64,000 nucleotides of DNA from Ectothiorhodospiraceae bacterium (GCA_002401775.2 NVUB02000027.1:11249-75248); one strand, 5' to 3'. Positions 50,599 to 59,723 are shown, numbered from the stretch's first letter. Notes: a model not told the origin generated them from the sequence alone. Numbers and translations: made by a program.

Positions 50599-51858
50599 GT
50601 GAACCCAATCCGCCCCCGCCTACTGCTCGTTGCCCCCCACAGCAGCTACCGCATTGCCCCCTATTTACGCGCAGCTGAAAAACTGGGAGTAGACGTCCTT
50701 ATTGCCTCCACCAGCGAGCACTCACTCGTCAGCGCAGTGGCAGAAGGCCTGCGCATCGACCTAGACCAACCTGAAAAAAACCTCGACACCCTGCTCTCCG
50801 CCGCCCGAGAACGACCATTTGCCGGCGTAGTCGCCACCGATGATAAAGCCGTAGACCTTGCCGCTCTGGTCGCAGAACGGCTAGGCCTACCACACAATTC
50901 ACCCTCTTCCGTACTGCTCACTCACCGTAAAGACCAGGCCCGCGCCCGGCTAGCCCAGCACGGCGTACCCGTGCCCGGTTTTACTCTACTAGACTTACAC
51001 GCAGACCATGCCGCACAAGCAGCCACGGTAACTTACCCCTGCGTCATCAAACCTCTTAGCCTGTCTGGCAGCCGCGGCGTCATCCGTGCCGACAATATAG
51101 AACAAGCTCTAGCCGCCATACAGCGCATAGCCGCCATCGTCAGCGAACTGAGCGGCGAAGACGAAACCCGATATCTGCTCGTAGAAGACTACTTGCCCGG
51201 CATCGAAGTTGCACTAGAAGCCATGTTACATAACGGTGAATTGCAAGTGCTGGCACTGTTTGATAAGCCCGACCCACTGGAAGGCCCCTACTTTGAAGAA
51301 ACCTATTACATTACACCGTCGCGTTTACCCGAATCACAACAGGCACTCATCGCAAAGCGTGTAAAGGAAGCCTGTGATGCCTACGGACTAAAGCACGGCC
51401 CCATTCATGCCGAGCTACGTTTACACAAAAACGAGGCACACCAGCCACAAGCATGGATACTGGAAGTCGCCGCCCGCACCATCGGCGGTCAATGCGCACA
51501 ACTATTAAAACAAGGTAGCGGGCACGGGCTGGAAGAACTCGTCATCGCACAAGCCATCGGCAAGCCCCTAGCCACACAATCATCAAATAGCGCCGCTGGA
51601 GTATTGATGATACCCATCCCTAAAGTCGGCATCTTGCGTCGTGTAGAAGGCCTCACCGCCGCCCGCAAAATCAAACACATCGTCGACATAGAAATATACG
51701 TACGAGAAGGCTATGAACTTATTCCACTCCCCGAAGGCGCAGCCTATCTAGGATTTATCTTTGCAAAAGCAAAAAAACCCGCAGAAGTAGAAGCCGCATT
51801 ACGAGAAGCACACAAGCACCTAAATTTTGTCACTGCCCCCCTGTGGAAACTGCAATAA
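50599..51858 (+). CDS. ATP-grasp domain protein
   Basis: YPCVIKPLSLSGSRGVIRA, LVEDYLPGIEVALEAM and GPIHAELRL match the ATP-grasp fold pattern. GTG start. Confidence 0.8.
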   Translation: MNPIRPRLLLVAPHSSYRIAPYLRAAEKLGVDVLIASTSEHSLVSAVAEGLRIDLDQPEKNLDTLLSAARERPFAGVVATDDKAVDLAALVAERLGLPHNSPSSVLLTHRKDQARARLAQHGVPVPGFTLLDLHADHAAQAATVTYPCVIKPLSLSGSRGVIRADNIEQALAAIQRIAAIVSELSGEDETRYLLVEDYLPGIEVALEAMLHNGELQVLALFDKPDPLEGPYFEETYYITPSRLPESQQALIAKRVKEACDAYGLKHGPIHAELRLHKNEAHQPQAWILEVAARTIGGQCAQLLKQGSGHGLEELVIAQAIGKPLATQSSNSAAGVLMIPIPKVGILRRVEGLTAARKIKHIVDIEIYVREGYELIPLPEGAAYLGFIFAKAKKPAEVEAALREAHKHLNFVTAPLWKLQ

Positions 51859-52360
51859 TACAAACGCTTAACACCCAACACAAAAAAACCCACCGTAGGG
51901 TGGACACGCTTCACAGTGCCCACGCGATTAAACCACCAAACTCACGCTGAATTCACGCTGAACTCGCCCCAAACTATTTCAGTAAACTTAACACACAAAA
52001 CAAAACCATCATTCACTCTTCCAACGAAAAACTATCCCTATACTCCACCAAAAAATAATCAGGCGTAGTGACCATCAGAGTCACCATCAGCTTCGCTTTA
52101 TTCATATCGACACGCGCAACCATTATCTCAATTGGCCCGTGAAAAAATAAACCGCCCGCAGACATCCTCTCATTCACATGCTCACCCAAACCAATTTGAA
52201 TCACCTGACCTGGCTGCCTGTCTGTCTACAAATACCCTTTTAACCCCCATCAACTCACTCCTTGTTGAAATCACACCTCAACCAACACTACGTAAAACAT
52301 AGTTCACAGCCAAGCCGAATCCTACGAAAATCGTAGTTTATCAAACAGTCGGACATTCGC

Positions 52361-52663
52361 ATGGCAATAGACTCACCCATAAAGATACGTCTCAAAGAAG
52401 CAAGACTGCGTGCAGGTTTAACCCAGGAAAAACTCGGTATTCTAGCGGGAATTGATGAAAACAATGCCAGCGCCAAGATGAATCAATACGAGAAAGGGAC
52501 CCACATTCCCAAATACCCTCGACTAAAAGACCTTGCTGACGCACTTGGCGTACCAAGCGCCTATTTTTATGCCGAAACGGACGAATTAGCCGAATTGATA
52601 TACTGTTATGGAAAGCTCAATAGTAAAGCTAAACAAAAACTTCTAAAGAACGCACAACCCTAA
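52361..52663 (+). CDS. XRE-family HTH transcriptional regulator
   Basis: IRLKEARLRAGLTQEKLGILAGIDENNASAKMNQYEKG HTH, 100 aa. Confidence 0.75.
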   Translation: MAIDSPIKIRLKEARLRAGLTQEKLGILAGIDENNASAKMNQYEKGTHIPKYPRLKDLADALGVPSAYFYAETDELAELIYCYGKLNSKAKQKLLKNAQP

Positions 52664-52945
52664 CCTAAAATATCATATACCCGTTCTGGAAAAAAGGTGC
52701 GTATTACTCAAAATAAGCATATGTATATACTGAACCCATGAACATTTAGATGTAGCTGCCACTTTTAATTATTTTTTCAGGCTGCTCACAAGCATCTGTA
52801 CAAGCGAGAATTAAAGAAAATTCCTATTGTCAGGTTATTAATAAAAGCATCAACCATCCGTCACTACAGCAGTATTTTCATATCGACATTTTACCGGAAA
52901 TATCCCCTCTTTTTATAACAGTAGACAACTTTACTGGAAGTGTGC

Positions 52946-53260
52946 TCAATTAACAAAGTTTGGAAAACAGGTAAAAATTATAAACAACTCCAACTCTCCA
53001 AAATGTATATTTTTTAAGATCTCAATAACTAATACTACACCAACCACTTTTGACTCGACATTCTTATACAAGCCCGAAGGCATTAATGGAGTAGCGAAGC
53101 TTAAAAAGGAAAAATCCAAATGGTATGCCAGCGAATCAAGAATAGTTGAAATGTGAGACAGGTATACTTTTTCAACAAAACTTATTTCACTTGTATGGGA
53201 TTGATAAATCCCCCAAAATTTACGTCCTGGTTTGATTTCGCCTTTAGGGATGGCAGGCAC
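52946..53260 (-). CDS. hypothetical protein (weak call)
   Basis: 104-aa ORF in AT-rich DNA. No family was recognised. Confidence 0.3.
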   Translation of the reverse strand: MPAIPKGEIKPGRKFWGIYQSHTSEISFVEKVYLSHISTILDSLAYHLDFSFLSFATPLMPSGLYKNVESKVVGVVLVIEILKNIHFGELELFIIFTCFPNFVN

Positions 53261-53313
53261 TATTCTAAGGCAATCATCTGGTTTTGGCCCTCCACGTAAT
53301 AAGGGTCTACTCT

Positions 53314-53664
53314 ATGAGAATCAACGATTTTATAATTTCCCTTTCAGTCCCGTTATTATGTATTTCACTAACAGCCTGCCAGATTGATGAACAAAAACCC
53401 TCATACACCACCATAAACAACACACTGAGTGATGGCGGCGAAACCATTACCTGGAAAGAAGGCCAAGGCTTGCTTAATATTAATAATATTCAACACAAAC
53501 TCAACGAAGAAGATAAGCTATTATTCTCAAAATCACTTGAATGGTTTGCCACAGAATCACATTTTAGTTTTGAAAAGCTGTCGGGGAAAACCGAAAAGCA
53601 AACTGTTGATATTATAAACTGCATAAAATTATCTAAGCCAAATATGCAGAAATCATGCTTTTAA
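53314..53664 (+). CDS. putative lipoprotein
   Basis: MRINDFIISLSVPLLCISLTAC with lipobox LTAC. 116 aa from ATG 53314. Confidence 0.55.
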   Translation: MRINDFIISLSVPLLCISLTACQIDEQKPSYTTINNTLSDGGETITWKEGQGLLNINNIQHKLNEEDKLLFSKSLEWFATESHFSFEKLSGKTEKQTVDIINCIKLSKPNMQKSCF

Positions 53665-53778
53665 AGAGTGCAGCCAACTTAGCATTAAAAACATAAACAA
53701 CCCTAAGTCGTGACAATATCACAAAAATTTATATAACTATCCAGACTCGTTCGATTGATATTAAACGGTTATATCGCT

Positions 53779-54999
53779 TCATCCCAGCAGCTTTAATGCA
53801 CGGCGAAACGGTTGAGTTAGTTTTTTGGGGTGGGTTTTAGTCAATGATACCGAGTCACAATTTTGAAAATAACAGAATTGTTTGATAGCTTCTACAAATG
53901 CAGTAGTAACTAACTCTTGATCAAAGCTGTGTTGTTCAAAATGCAAATATTTTATCTCTAATTGGTTGGTTTTTCGATGGGCTTTACAGTCCATCCGCCC
54001 AATAAATTCATCGCCGTAAAGTAACGGTAGGCAAAAGTAACCATACTCACGTTTGGCGGCAGGCACATAACACTCTAATTGGTAACCGTATTGAAACAGT
54101 GCCTTGAGGCGTTCGCGCTGAATGACGCTGTTGTCGAAGGGTGAAAGAATCAATATGCGTTTTTTTAACCGAGGAAGAGGGCGTTCGAGAGCATCCGATT
54201 CCACTAAAAATACTTCACCACTGCTCATTTGCACTTGTTCTAAAGTGCGCTGCGCCAACTTTTCGCTTATTAAGGCTTTCACCGCTTTACGTAGTTCAAC
54301 ATTTCGGCGCTGGTAAGTCAGCCCTTTGAGAGAAGCAATCCCGTGACAGCGCAACTGTTGATCTACAATGTGCGCCGCAAACGCTTCCATGCTGGGCATT
54401 CGTGAATTTACCGAGTCAGGCAATACCCGCTCCGTTAGATCATATGTTTTTTGGAAACCTTCGCGGTCGCTGACCATTATGTCACCTTGCATATACAGCT
54501 GTTCGAGAGCCTTTTTGGCGGGTTTCCAGTCCCACCAGCCTGCACGTTTTGTACTGTTAGATTCGACATCGCGGGATCGTAACGGGCCATCTGAACGTAT
54601 ACGGGCCAATAATTCACTCATGAGTTTCATATCACGGTCTTTATACCAATGAGTTTGCCCGCTTTTAATAGCATGTTTGTAGGGTAGGGAGAAACGAAAA
54701 TCTGCGATAGGCAGAAAAGCTGCCGCATGTGTCCAATACTCGAAAATATCTCCATCGAGTAACATTTGATTTGTCATGGCTGGTTTGAAATTAGGTACTC
54801 TTGAGTAAAAAACATGATGGTGTGCTCGCTCCACCACCGATAAGGTATCGATCTGAACATAACCTATGTGGTTAATAGCGTTACGGGCCCCTACCAAACC
54901 GCACCCATAAGGTTTCGCCTGAAGCAAACCTTGCGCAGCCAGAGCAAGGCGGCGTAATCGTACTCGTTCTTGTGGTCGTTTAATTTCAATCATGGTCAT
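53779..54999 (-). CDS. YcaQ/AlkZ-like winged-helix DNA glycosylase family protein
   Basis: IGYVQIDTLSVVERAHHHVFYSRVPNF...FEYWTHAAAFLP resembles the remembered YcaQ (DUF1006) signature. 406 aa. Confidence 0.85.
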   Translation of the reverse strand: MTMIEIKRPQERVRLRRLALAAQGLLQAKPYGCGLVGARNAINHIGYVQIDTLSVVERAHHHVFYSRVPNFKPAMTNQMLLDGDIFEYWTHAAAFLPIADFRFSLPYKHAIKSGQTHWYKDRDMKLMSELLARIRSDGPLRSRDVESNSTKRAGWWDWKPAKKALEQLYMQGDIMVSDREGFQKTYDLTERVLPDSVNSRMPSMEAFAAHIVDQQLRCHGIASLKGLTYQRRNVELRKAVKALISEKLAQRTLEQVQMSSGEVFLVESDALERPLPRLKKRILILSPFDNSVIQRERLKALFQYGYQLECYVPAAKREYGYFCLPLLYGDEFIGRMDCKAHRKTNQLEIKYLHFEQHSFDQELVTTAFVEAIKQFCYFQNCDSVSLTKTHPKKLTQPFRRALKLLG

Positions 55000-55813
55000 A
55001 CTTGCCTAACATTGAGTTCAGCAGACTGGAATTTACGTGGTTTTTGCTGCGTTACAGAGAATCACCACCAAAACACTGTAATATTCGAGCCTGCGTATAA
55101 CATTTTTTATTTTACGAAATATAACTGTTTTTACATCCAGCTACAAATAAAATAAAAATAGCGGCGATGAACATCTACATGCTTGTAATATCAAGCATGT
55201 AGATCGCTCACGGGTTGTGAGGCCAGATATTCGAGACAATGAGCGTGTTTAATGAGTATTTCAACGGATTTTTACCCATACTTCTGAGAAACCTCGAAAA
55301 AACAACACGATAGCCTAAAGTGGAACCCACCTATTCTCAATCTCCTAATAAAATACTAGGAGTTCCCACGCGAACTTGCCGGGTATTCGTCATATGTGTT
55401 GACAATCCAGCCTATACAGATACACCCAGGCACAAGCAACGTGCTCCTACCAAGCCGACTTTAAGACAATAACTTATAGAATCCGGATTCAGCTTCAGTC
55501 ACTTTTATGAGTAAGAGTGACCGCAACCCTAAAATCACAGTTGCTCCACGGGGTATTGGCAGGAGCCTCAGACGGCTAATGAAAGCACTCAATAGGTTCT
55601 CGAGGGTATACCGACAGGAGCTGCCGGCGAGATCACCAAAAAAGATGATAGCGAGTAAAAAAATGGTACGAAGTTTTATTTCACCTCGGGAAAAAGTCGA
55701 GACTCATCATTGAACTGGGAAGTTTGAAATGAGCGTAGTGGGCGGTTATTCCAGTGGTGACTAAAGTGTGCATTGTTCAAGCTGGCAATGTGCACAACGA
55801 TTAAACAACGTTG

Positions 55814-55921
55814 TCACGGATTCGAAGAGCCCAGCACCATACAAGCAATCGGGACACCACTAACCTTACAAGCGACAAGACATGCCACGAGCGTACTAAT
55901 GATAAGCGCACAGAATGACAT
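55814..55921 (-). CDS. possible 35-aa hydrophobic peptide (below ORF-track cutoff)
   Basis: GGGAGGGATT-ATG then MSFCALIISTLVACLVACKVSGVPIACMVLGSSNP*. There is a strong SD at correct spacing, and the ORF is followed by short palindromes. It is supported by the SD and hydrophobicity only. Confidence 0.3.
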   Translation of the reverse strand: MSFCALIISTLVACLVACKVSGVPIACMVLGSSNP

Positions 55922-56142
55922 AATCCCTCCCACCCACAATCTCACCTCCATTCCCATTGGTAGTATCAATGTATTGATATCATAAACTGATGCTATATCA
56001 ATAGCTCAATCAACTCTAACAACCAATCAATCATCGAACATCCCAACATACTACACACACGAACATTACTTATAAAGGGCTCTGACCCCTTATATACACA
56101 CGTTCACACGCGGGTGCGTGGGAACGAGACATCAGCTTGCCT

Positions 56143-56760
56143 TCACTTTTTGTCTTCCATGTCTTCGGTTTTATAAAGGGTATAGCCTTCATAGTAATAG
56201 CTGGCATCAATACCTTTCATATAGATGGCACTGTCATGGATTTTTTCTGTTAAGGCTTGTTTGAGTAACACCTTAATTTCAACATCTTTAACGGGGCTGC
56301 GTTCCATTGCCAGCAGGTAGTTATCTTTATCGACACTACTCCAATCCACTACTCGGTGCAGTTGGTGTTTTAAGAGGAGATCCAGCCATATGCGTGTGCT
56401 TCGTCCATTGCCTTCTCGAAAGGGGTGGGCAATGTTCATTTCTACATACTTTTCGATAATTTCATCAAAGCTCGATTGCGGCATGGCTTCTATATGGTCT
56501 AGAGCAGCTTTTAGATACATTACGGGTGCAAATCTGAAATTTCCCTTTGCGATATTCACGCTGCGAAGTTTGCCTGCAAAGTCATAAATATCACTAAAAA
56601 GAAACTGGTGAATATCTGCCAATGCCTGAAAACTGCCTGCCTTGAGGCTATCAAAAAAACCGCTACTAAACAGCTGATGCGCTTTGGCTTTGCTGAGCTT
56701 TTCTTCAACTCTTGCCAGTTCAACCGCATCGGTGATGTTTAACTTATTCTCTAAGGTCAT
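56143..56760 (-). CDS. fic: Fic family protein (class III-type, about 200 aa)
   Basis: Fic motif HPFREGNGRSTR and a C-terminal inhibitory motif SYYYEG ([ST]xxxE[GN]). The size and layout resemble single-domain Fic proteins. Confidence 0.9.
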   Translation of the reverse strand: MTLENKLNITDAVELARVEEKLSKAKAHQLFSSGFFDSLKAGSFQALADIHQFLFSDIYDFAGKLRSVNIAKGNFRFAPVMYLKAALDHIEAMPQSSFDEIIEKYVEMNIAHPFREGNGRSTRIWLDLLLKHQLHRVVDWSSVDKDNYLLAMERSPVKDVEIKVLLKQALTEKIHDSAIYMKGIDASYYYEGYTLYKTEDMEDKK

Positions 56761-56896
56761 CCGTGCATTTCCTCTACGTTAGACAAACATCTTTGCAAGC
56801 AGGCTTGTTTGGTCTGTTTTCTCATGTCTCATTCCCACGCGGGAGTGTGGGAATGAGACATGGATCACCATTGTGCACAAAACAGCCAGCAACACT

Positions 56897-57061
56897 CTTC
56901 ATTTGAGTTTTTCCTTCAATTACACCGTACTGGGTGGTATGTGCAAATTTTGCACTAACGACGTCTTCCGTTAGTTCGACTTCGTTAAAAGTATTGCGGA
57001 TATGCGTTATGATGTCCGTTCTATCTCGCTGAAACAGTTCTGCTATTTGTTCCGTAGATAA
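56897..57061 (-). pseudogene. fragment resembling the N-terminus of a RhuM-type protein
   Basis: LSTEQIAELFQRDRTDIITHIRNTFNEVELTEDVVSAKFAHTTQ... is preceded by stop codons. The frame then runs into a REP hairpin. The resemblance to the WLxxxQIAxLFxxxxxxIxxHIxNIFxExEL pattern is from memory. Confidence 0.4.
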
Positions 57062-57099
57062 CTATTAAACCGGACACCCATATTTATAAATGTACTATA

Positions 57100-57162
57100 A
57101 TTTAACTACAAACCATCTGTGCCACTACAGTCGCGAAGGTCGATGCCTGGCCTTGTTAAGTG
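57100..57162 (-). other. attC site of cassette 5
   Basis: The minus strand reads CACTTAAC...GTTAAAT. The inverse core matches RYYYAAC and the core matches GTTRRRY. CACTTAAC is the exact complement of the first bases of cassette 5 (G|TTAAGTG). Confidence 0.7.
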
Positions 57163-57174
57163 TGGACGGCTTAT

Positions 57175-57594
57175 TCATTTTGCAGCTGATAGTTTTGAAT
57201 CAACACTACCTATAAAATCACTACACAACGTACACTCGCGCCCCGGACAATTGGATATTTGCAATCTATAGACGGAAGCATCTAGTTGTACAATTTGAAG
57301 TAAAAACTTCATTGGTGACCCTGCGACATAATGCTTGCTAATAAGATCCTTTGAGTCCTTAGTATCCAACCCTCCATACATCGAGTTTTTTTCAGCGAAG
57401 TCTCGCACTCTGTTGAAAAATGTTAAAGCCTCTGTTCCCGCCAACTTATAGTCCTTCTGGAATGAGTAGATAAAATCAGCAGGCTTTTCTCCATTTGGAC
57501 CTAGAAAATATTCTTTGTGGTTTTTTTCTTCACTACAACCAGCACACAGTAAGACTGTAAAAATTAAGAAATATATTAGCTTGCCATAATACAT
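57175..57594 (-). CDS. cassette 5 ORF: putative lipoprotein
   Basis: MYYGKLIYFLIFTVLLCAGC lipobox. AT-rich. Confidence 0.6.
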   Translation of the reverse strand: MYYGKLIYFLIFTVLLCAGCSEEKNHKEYFLGPNGEKPADFIYSFQKDYKLAGTEALTFFNRVRDFAEKNSMYGGLDTKDSKDLISKHYVAGSPMKFLLQIVQLDASVYRLQISNCPGRECTLCSDFIGSVDSKLSAAK

Positions 57595-57619
57595 CTTTCT
57601 AGATCCCACTGGTGTTGTC

Positions 57620-57677
57620 ACTTAACGTTCACTTCACTCGCGCGCTTTTCAGCGTCGAGTGGAAGTGTTGGTTATGC
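57620..57677 (-). other. attC site of cassette 4
   Basis: The minus strand reads GCATAAC caa CACTTC(C)ACTCG ...loop... CGAGTGAAGTG aac GTTAAGT. It is 58 bp long, and its stem has one extrahelical C. Confidence 0.65.
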
Positions 57678-57695
57678 GTAATTCCGCAAAATCTG

Positions 57696-58262
57696 TTAAA
57701 AGTTCCACCCTAATATAACTCCTATACCAGCATGAATATTCGACTTTGTATTATCATTTAAGAAATTAACAACATCATTGCTTTCATTTTGTACAATATT
57801 TTCTTTTGAGCTATTTTTTATCAAAAATGCAGGCCCCCCTAAAACTGACACATTAAATCCATTACTCCAAAACCACTGATATCCGAAACTAGATACTATA
57901 TCTATAAAGGTAACTCTTGCTTCAGAACCTAATTCAGTCTTAAATTTAGATTTTTCTACCCCTATTAATAGCTGCATTATGAAGCTATCTTTAAATACAC
58001 CACTTTTGGAATATCTCCAAGGAACAAAAAAACGGCTAAATGTGTTTTTCACATTATCATTAGAACTACCGAAAGATGGGCGATCCGATTTACATTCATT
58101 CCGTGCAAGTACACCTAACGTACTATTCTCTGATACAGCCATTTCGAAACCCATTTGATGGCATTTATATGGATCTGGGAGAATAATCAGATTAACGAAA
58201 TCTTTCGAATAACATATGTCTGAAAGAAAAAAAAGAAAGCTTATTAAGAACAACCTACTCAT
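57696..58262 (-). CDS. cassette 4 ORF: exported protein, probable small beta-barrel
   Basis: Signal peptide MSRLFLISFLFFLSDICYS. The C-terminus ...GVILGWNF ends in Phe. Confidence 0.6.
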   Translation of the reverse strand: MSRLFLISFLFFLSDICYSKDFVNLIILPDPYKCHQMGFEMAVSENSTLGVLARNECKSDRPSFGSSNDNVKNTFSRFFVPWRYSKSGVFKDSFIMQLLIGVEKSKFKTELGSEARVTFIDIVSSFGYQWFWSNGFNVSVLGGPAFLIKNSSKENIVQNESNDVVNFLNDNTKSNIHAGIGVILGWNF

Positions 58263-58347
58263 AAAACACTAACATAATGTAATATCATAAATCACCTCTC
58301 TGATTTTCTGCATTAAGTTCAACATACTATCCGTTACTATCATGACG

Positions 58348-58420
58348 CTCTAACGCTTTAATAACCTGGCGTTTTTTCTTGCGGCAGCTTTATGCCGTAA
58401 AAAAATGATCAGCGTTAATT
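58348..58420 (-). other. attC site of cassette 3
   Basis: The minus strand reads (TA)AATTAACGC...internal hairpin cggca taaagc tgccg...GCGTTAGAG. It overlaps the ORF stop codon. Core complementarity is weaker than in the other sites. Confidence 0.5.
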
Positions 58421-58788
58421 TACTTGTTAGCAAAATTTCTAGTTTGAAGTATATTTCTATTACAGTAATTCGCATTTTCAAATTCTATAATATTAGCACC
58501 TATATTAGGAACAGTAGGTAATATTGAAGTTAATTCTTGTACTATTTTCTTAGTTAAATTCGCTTTTTGCTCATTGCTTCTACCTTCCATTATATTTGAA
58601 AATACATGGATAAAATCTTCTATTTTATTTCCCGTTGAATATTTTTTAAACGAATTAACTCTTACTTTTATATCATTTTCATTAAACAGTTCAGTTGATT
58701 TAGCAGCAAAGTGAACTTGCTCAATTATTTGTTCTTCAGATTGCAATCTAAATATACTTTCAGAGCAATCTATTAAAAAATGAGGCAT
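58420..58788 (-). CDS. cassette 3 ORF: 5-carboxymethyl-2-hydroxymuconate isomerase-like (tautomerase superfamily)
   Basis: MPHFLIDCSESI N-terminus (catalytic Pro1 after Met) and about 120 aa, typical of the CHMI family. SD AGGAG. Confidence 0.7.
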   Translation of the reverse strand: MPHFLIDCSESIFRLQSEEQIIEQVHFAAKSTELFNENDIKVRVNSFKKYSTGNKIEDFIHVFSNIMEGRSNEQKANLTKKIVQELTSILPTVPNIGANIIEFENANYCNRNILQTRNFANK

Positions 58789-58814
58789 AGTTTCTCCTGT
58801 GCTTATTCTTCTAC

Positions 58815-58896
58815 TGCTAACGCCTAATTAAGTGGCCGCAGCGAAGCGGAGGTCTAAGCGCGCTTTTTGCGTGTGCATTAATATCTTGTTAGAGGC
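58815..58896 (-). other. attC site of cassette 2
   Basis: The minus strand reads GCCTCTAAC aagat ATTAA ... TTAAT taggc GTTAGCA, the canonical R''-spacer-L''/L'-spacer-R' layout. CCTCTAAC is the exact complement of the start of cassette 2 (G|TTAGAGG). Confidence 0.75.
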
Positions 58897-58899
58897 TTG

Positions 58900-59205
58900 T
58901 TAATCACAGCACGCCTCTGTTTTATTGCACAGATTACCATGTGCGACTTGTCTATATATTGTATATGGCAAGACAATTGTGTCAGCTATAAAGCTGAATG
59001 GCATATCTAATATTGTTAAGCCTTCATCTGTATATTTCTTTCCCATTAAAAAGCGATAGTCATTAGCTACGCCTGAATAAGCTCTTGGTATTTTAAAAGG
59101 TGGGTCACATTTAAAATTATCTTCATTCGCTGATAATGTAGCAACAGTAGAGCAGCCTTGAAGTAACAATTGCAATGCTAATATAAATATTATAATTCTT
59201 GTCAT
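58900..59205 (-). CDS. cassette 2 ORF: YceK/YidQ-like lipoprotein
   Basis: Lipobox LLQGC. YSGVANDY and LDMPFSFIADTIVLPYTIY resemble the YceK/YidQ (DUF1375) pattern. Confidence 0.65.
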   Translation of the reverse strand: MTRIIIFILALQLLLQGCSTVATLSANEDNFKCDPPFKIPRAYSGVANDYRFLMGKKYTDEGLTILDMPFSFIADTIVLPYTIYRQVAHGNLCNKTEACCD

Positions 59206-59222
59206 TGCTAGTTTTTATGCAC

Positions 59223-59268
59223 CTCTAACGTTTAAAAATACGTCCGTGTTAATTTTTTTGTTAGGTGC
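59223..59268 (-). other. attC site of cassette 1
   Basis: The minus strand reads GCACCTAAC aaaaaaattaacacggacgtatttttaaac GTTAG(A)GGTGC. The outer stem is 9 bp with one bulged A. The inverse core ACCTAAC matches RYYYAAC. Confidence 0.65.
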
Positions 59269-59357
59269 TCGGTGCATAATGCACTTCACTTTCTATCGGC
59301 ATTACCGGAGCTAGACCCCATAGGGCTGACATTTCTACACCATCAACGATTTTTCCA

Positions 59358-59723
59358 TCAATTTTCGATACTACGTATAATTGCATGGGTACCTTTAGTT
59401 ATATTTATAATTACTGGATATCCTGAGTTTATACATTTATATTTTATTTCGCTAATTTTATCACAAGCTGCTTCAAATTTACTTACATCATTTTTCTTAA
59501 AATAAAAATCAACAAATATGCTAGGCACATCTACTCTATGACGCTCGTTGATGTTGTGGGCTGATTCAGGAATAAAACTAGGAACCCATCCTTTGCCAAT
59601 TAACTCCGATTTTCTTACAGCCTCATAATTTATAAAATAATTTGATTTTTTTTCACTTTGTAACATCAACACAATTGTTGCAACTGCAAATATGGATACC
59701 ATTATGATTGCGACACTTTTCAT
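59358..59723 (-). CDS. cassette 1 ORF: membrane-anchored hypothetical protein
   Basis: N-terminal TM MKSVAIIMVSIFAVATIVLML. 121 aa. No family was assigned. Confidence 0.55.
   Translation of the reverse strand: MKSVAIIMVSIFAVATIVLMLQSEKKSNYFINYEAVRKSELIGKGWVPSFIPESAHNINERHRVDVPSIFVDFYFKKNDVSKFEAACDKISEIKYKCINSGYPVIINITKGTHAIIRSIEN

Noticed and set aside
52013-52204. 63-aa minus-strand ORF divergent from the XRE regulator, considered as a toxin partner
   Set aside because: No recognisable toxin motif or SD was found, so the evidence is too weak to call it.
55507-55985. ORFs 55507-55713 (68 aa, very basic) and 55773-55985 (70 aa)
   Set aside because: They have no SD and no family resemblance. 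The second overlaps a better-supported small ORF on the opposite strand.
56100-56130. REP hairpins flanking the Fic gene considered as a sixth attC site
   Set aside because: The orientation is wrong. They read GTT...AAC on both strands, whereas an attC must read ...AAC first and GTT... last. No ATTTAAC inverse core complementary to the end of attC5 was found downstream.
56761-56826. 22-codon ORF (MRKQTKQACLQRCLSNVEEMHG) whose stop overlaps the ATG of the 205-aa Fic gene, considered as a VbhA/YhfG-type antitoxin
   Set aside because: It lacks the [ST]xxxE[GN] inhibitory motif. The Fic protein carries its own C-terminal SYYYEG motif (class III), so no antitoxin is needed. The ORF also starts inside a REP hairpin.
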